Part shown: positions 44,200 to 44,850 of the stretch, piece by piece
Numbering within the stretch: position 1 is the stretch's first letter
Layout: every line of letters starts with the position of its first letter
DNA from: Thermoanaerobaculia bacterium
GTDB taxonomy: Bacteria; Acidobacteriota; Thermoanaerobaculia; Gp7-AA8
Length of the DNA: 44,850 bases
Direction: 5' to 3'
Assembly (NCBI GenBank): GCA_046261635.1
Contig: JBHEOL010000172.1
Location: 1-44,850 of the forward strand
Translations under genes and position numbers: made by a program
The notes under the pieces: generated by a model
Told to the model about the DNA's origin: nothing
The model's database searches: none
The model's input: the letters and a program-made list of their open reading frames with translations, nothing else

Positions 44200-44230
44200 A
44201 AAAAGAAAGAGCGCCTTTGCGAGGCGCTCT
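44200..44230 (-). terminator. Rho-independent terminator after the GcvH-like gene
   Basis: The minus strand reads AGAGCGCC-TCGCAAA-GGCGCTCT followed by TTCTTTTT, ~30 nt after the stop at 44259. Confidence 0.65.
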
Positions 44231-44258
44231 TTCCACGAGACTGGCTTGGCGTCGGATC

Positions 44259-44850
44259 CTATTCGAGGAAGAACTCTTTTCCGAGGCCCTTCCGCATATC
44301 TTCGGAGAGAAGCTCGGAGAGGTCATCCACTGCGACTCCACCATCAAAGGCGGTGACCGGAACCGGGCCGGCCATCATCGCGCGGAGCCGTGCGCCGGCG
44401 TCTTCCATCCAGCGGCGGGCGATGCTCCCGGTCAGAAGGTTTCGGTCGACGGTCCGGAAATCCGGCGCGCTGACCTTGAGAAGCCATCCCTCACCGTAGG
44501 GGTCCTGCCGCGCAACGTTCGGCTCTTCGAGGACCTGCTCGTTGACGTCGACCACGACGCCTTCGACCGGGGAAACCAGCGCGTAGTGGTTGCCATCCGT
44601 GCCGAGCCCGAAGACCCTCTGTCCCTGACGGATCCACTGGCCGCGGGAGGGAAGCGTCACTTCCTTCAGAGCGCCGGCCACGCGAGCCACGAAATCATCC
44701 AGACCGACCCGCACCAGCTCGGGCGTTTCGGCCACTGCCCAGGTGTGTCCCGGGTGGTAGTGGAAATCAGGCTTGATATGGAATCCGCCCGCCACCAGTG
44801 AGAGCGGAGCCGGCTCGACCCGGCGGGGCTCGGCGACGATTGCTTCCACC
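44259..44850 (-). CDS. Glycine-cleavage-H-like domain protein, N-terminus outside the window
   Basis: HTWAV...VRVGLDDF...SPVEGVV...NxxxxxDPYGEGWLLK resembles the GcvH fold. The ORF is open to the window edge. Confidence 0.6.
   Translation of the reverse strand, partial: VEAIVAEPRRVEPAPLSLVAGGFHIKPDFHYHPGHTWAVAETPELVRVGLDDFVARVAGALKEVTLPSRGQWIRQGQRVFGLGTDGNHYALVSPVEGVVVDVNEQVLEEPNVARQDPYGEGWLLKVSAPDFRTVDRNLLTGSIARRWMEDAGARLRAMMAGPVPVTAFDGGVAVDDLSELLSEDMRKGLGKEFFLE

Noticed and set aside
1-44850. Looked for signs of a mobile element, genomic island, prophage or defence system (integrase, transposase, tRNA-flanked att sites, toxin-antitoxin pairs, restriction-modification, cas)
   Set aside because: I recognised none. 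Composition looks uniform apart from short AT-richer promoter patches (for example 41960-42005), and the gene content is core metabolism, envelope and signalling.

Overview
GC-rich chromosomal segment from a diderm (outer-membrane-bearing) bacterium, densely packed with about 40 genes. From ~1.0 to 27.7 kb essentially every gene is on the minus strand. No rRNA, tRNA, CRISPR array, transposase or integrase was recognised. Many long ORFs in the supplied track are antisense shadows typical of high-GC DNA.

Main blocks:
(1) 1-13 kb is an anaerobic nitrogen-respiration island. It has a PAS histidine kinase plus a sigma-54 (NtrC-type) response regulator. Next comes a tightly coupled Rieske / cytochrome b6-like / HAO-family octaheme cytochrome c operon, then an outer-membrane beta-barrel gene. 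It ends with a napM-napA-napD-napG-napH periplasmic nitrate reductase cluster with no napB or napC.
(2) 13-22 kb holds OsmC/AhpD-like genes, a PfkB kinase and MTAP. It also holds the canonical envelope cluster bamA-skp-lpxD-fabZ-lpxA followed by a Gfo/Idh/MocA oxidoreductase.
(3) 22-31 kb holds housekeeping and miscellaneous genes: tautomerase, class-A beta-lactamase-like lipoprotein, clpC, lolD, parvulin PPIase, dnaB and a CoA-transferase.
(4) 31-42 kb is a c-di-GMP-flavoured region. It contains two paralogous PilZ-like proteins that share an uncharacterised C-terminal domain. One sits upstream of NfeD/SPFH; the other is translationally coupled to a PAS-GGDEF-EAL protein. A second membrane GGDEF-EAL protein, a SulP/STAS transporter and a lytic transglycosylase are also here.
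(5) 42-44.85 kb holds an SDR, an M20 amidohydrolase and a partial GcvH-like gene.

The most interesting candidate system is the Rieske/cyt b module whose c-type subunit is an HAO-like octaheme, sitting next to Nap and an OM barrel under an apparent sigma-54 two-component control. All product calls rest on by-eye motif and family recognition; no database search was possible.
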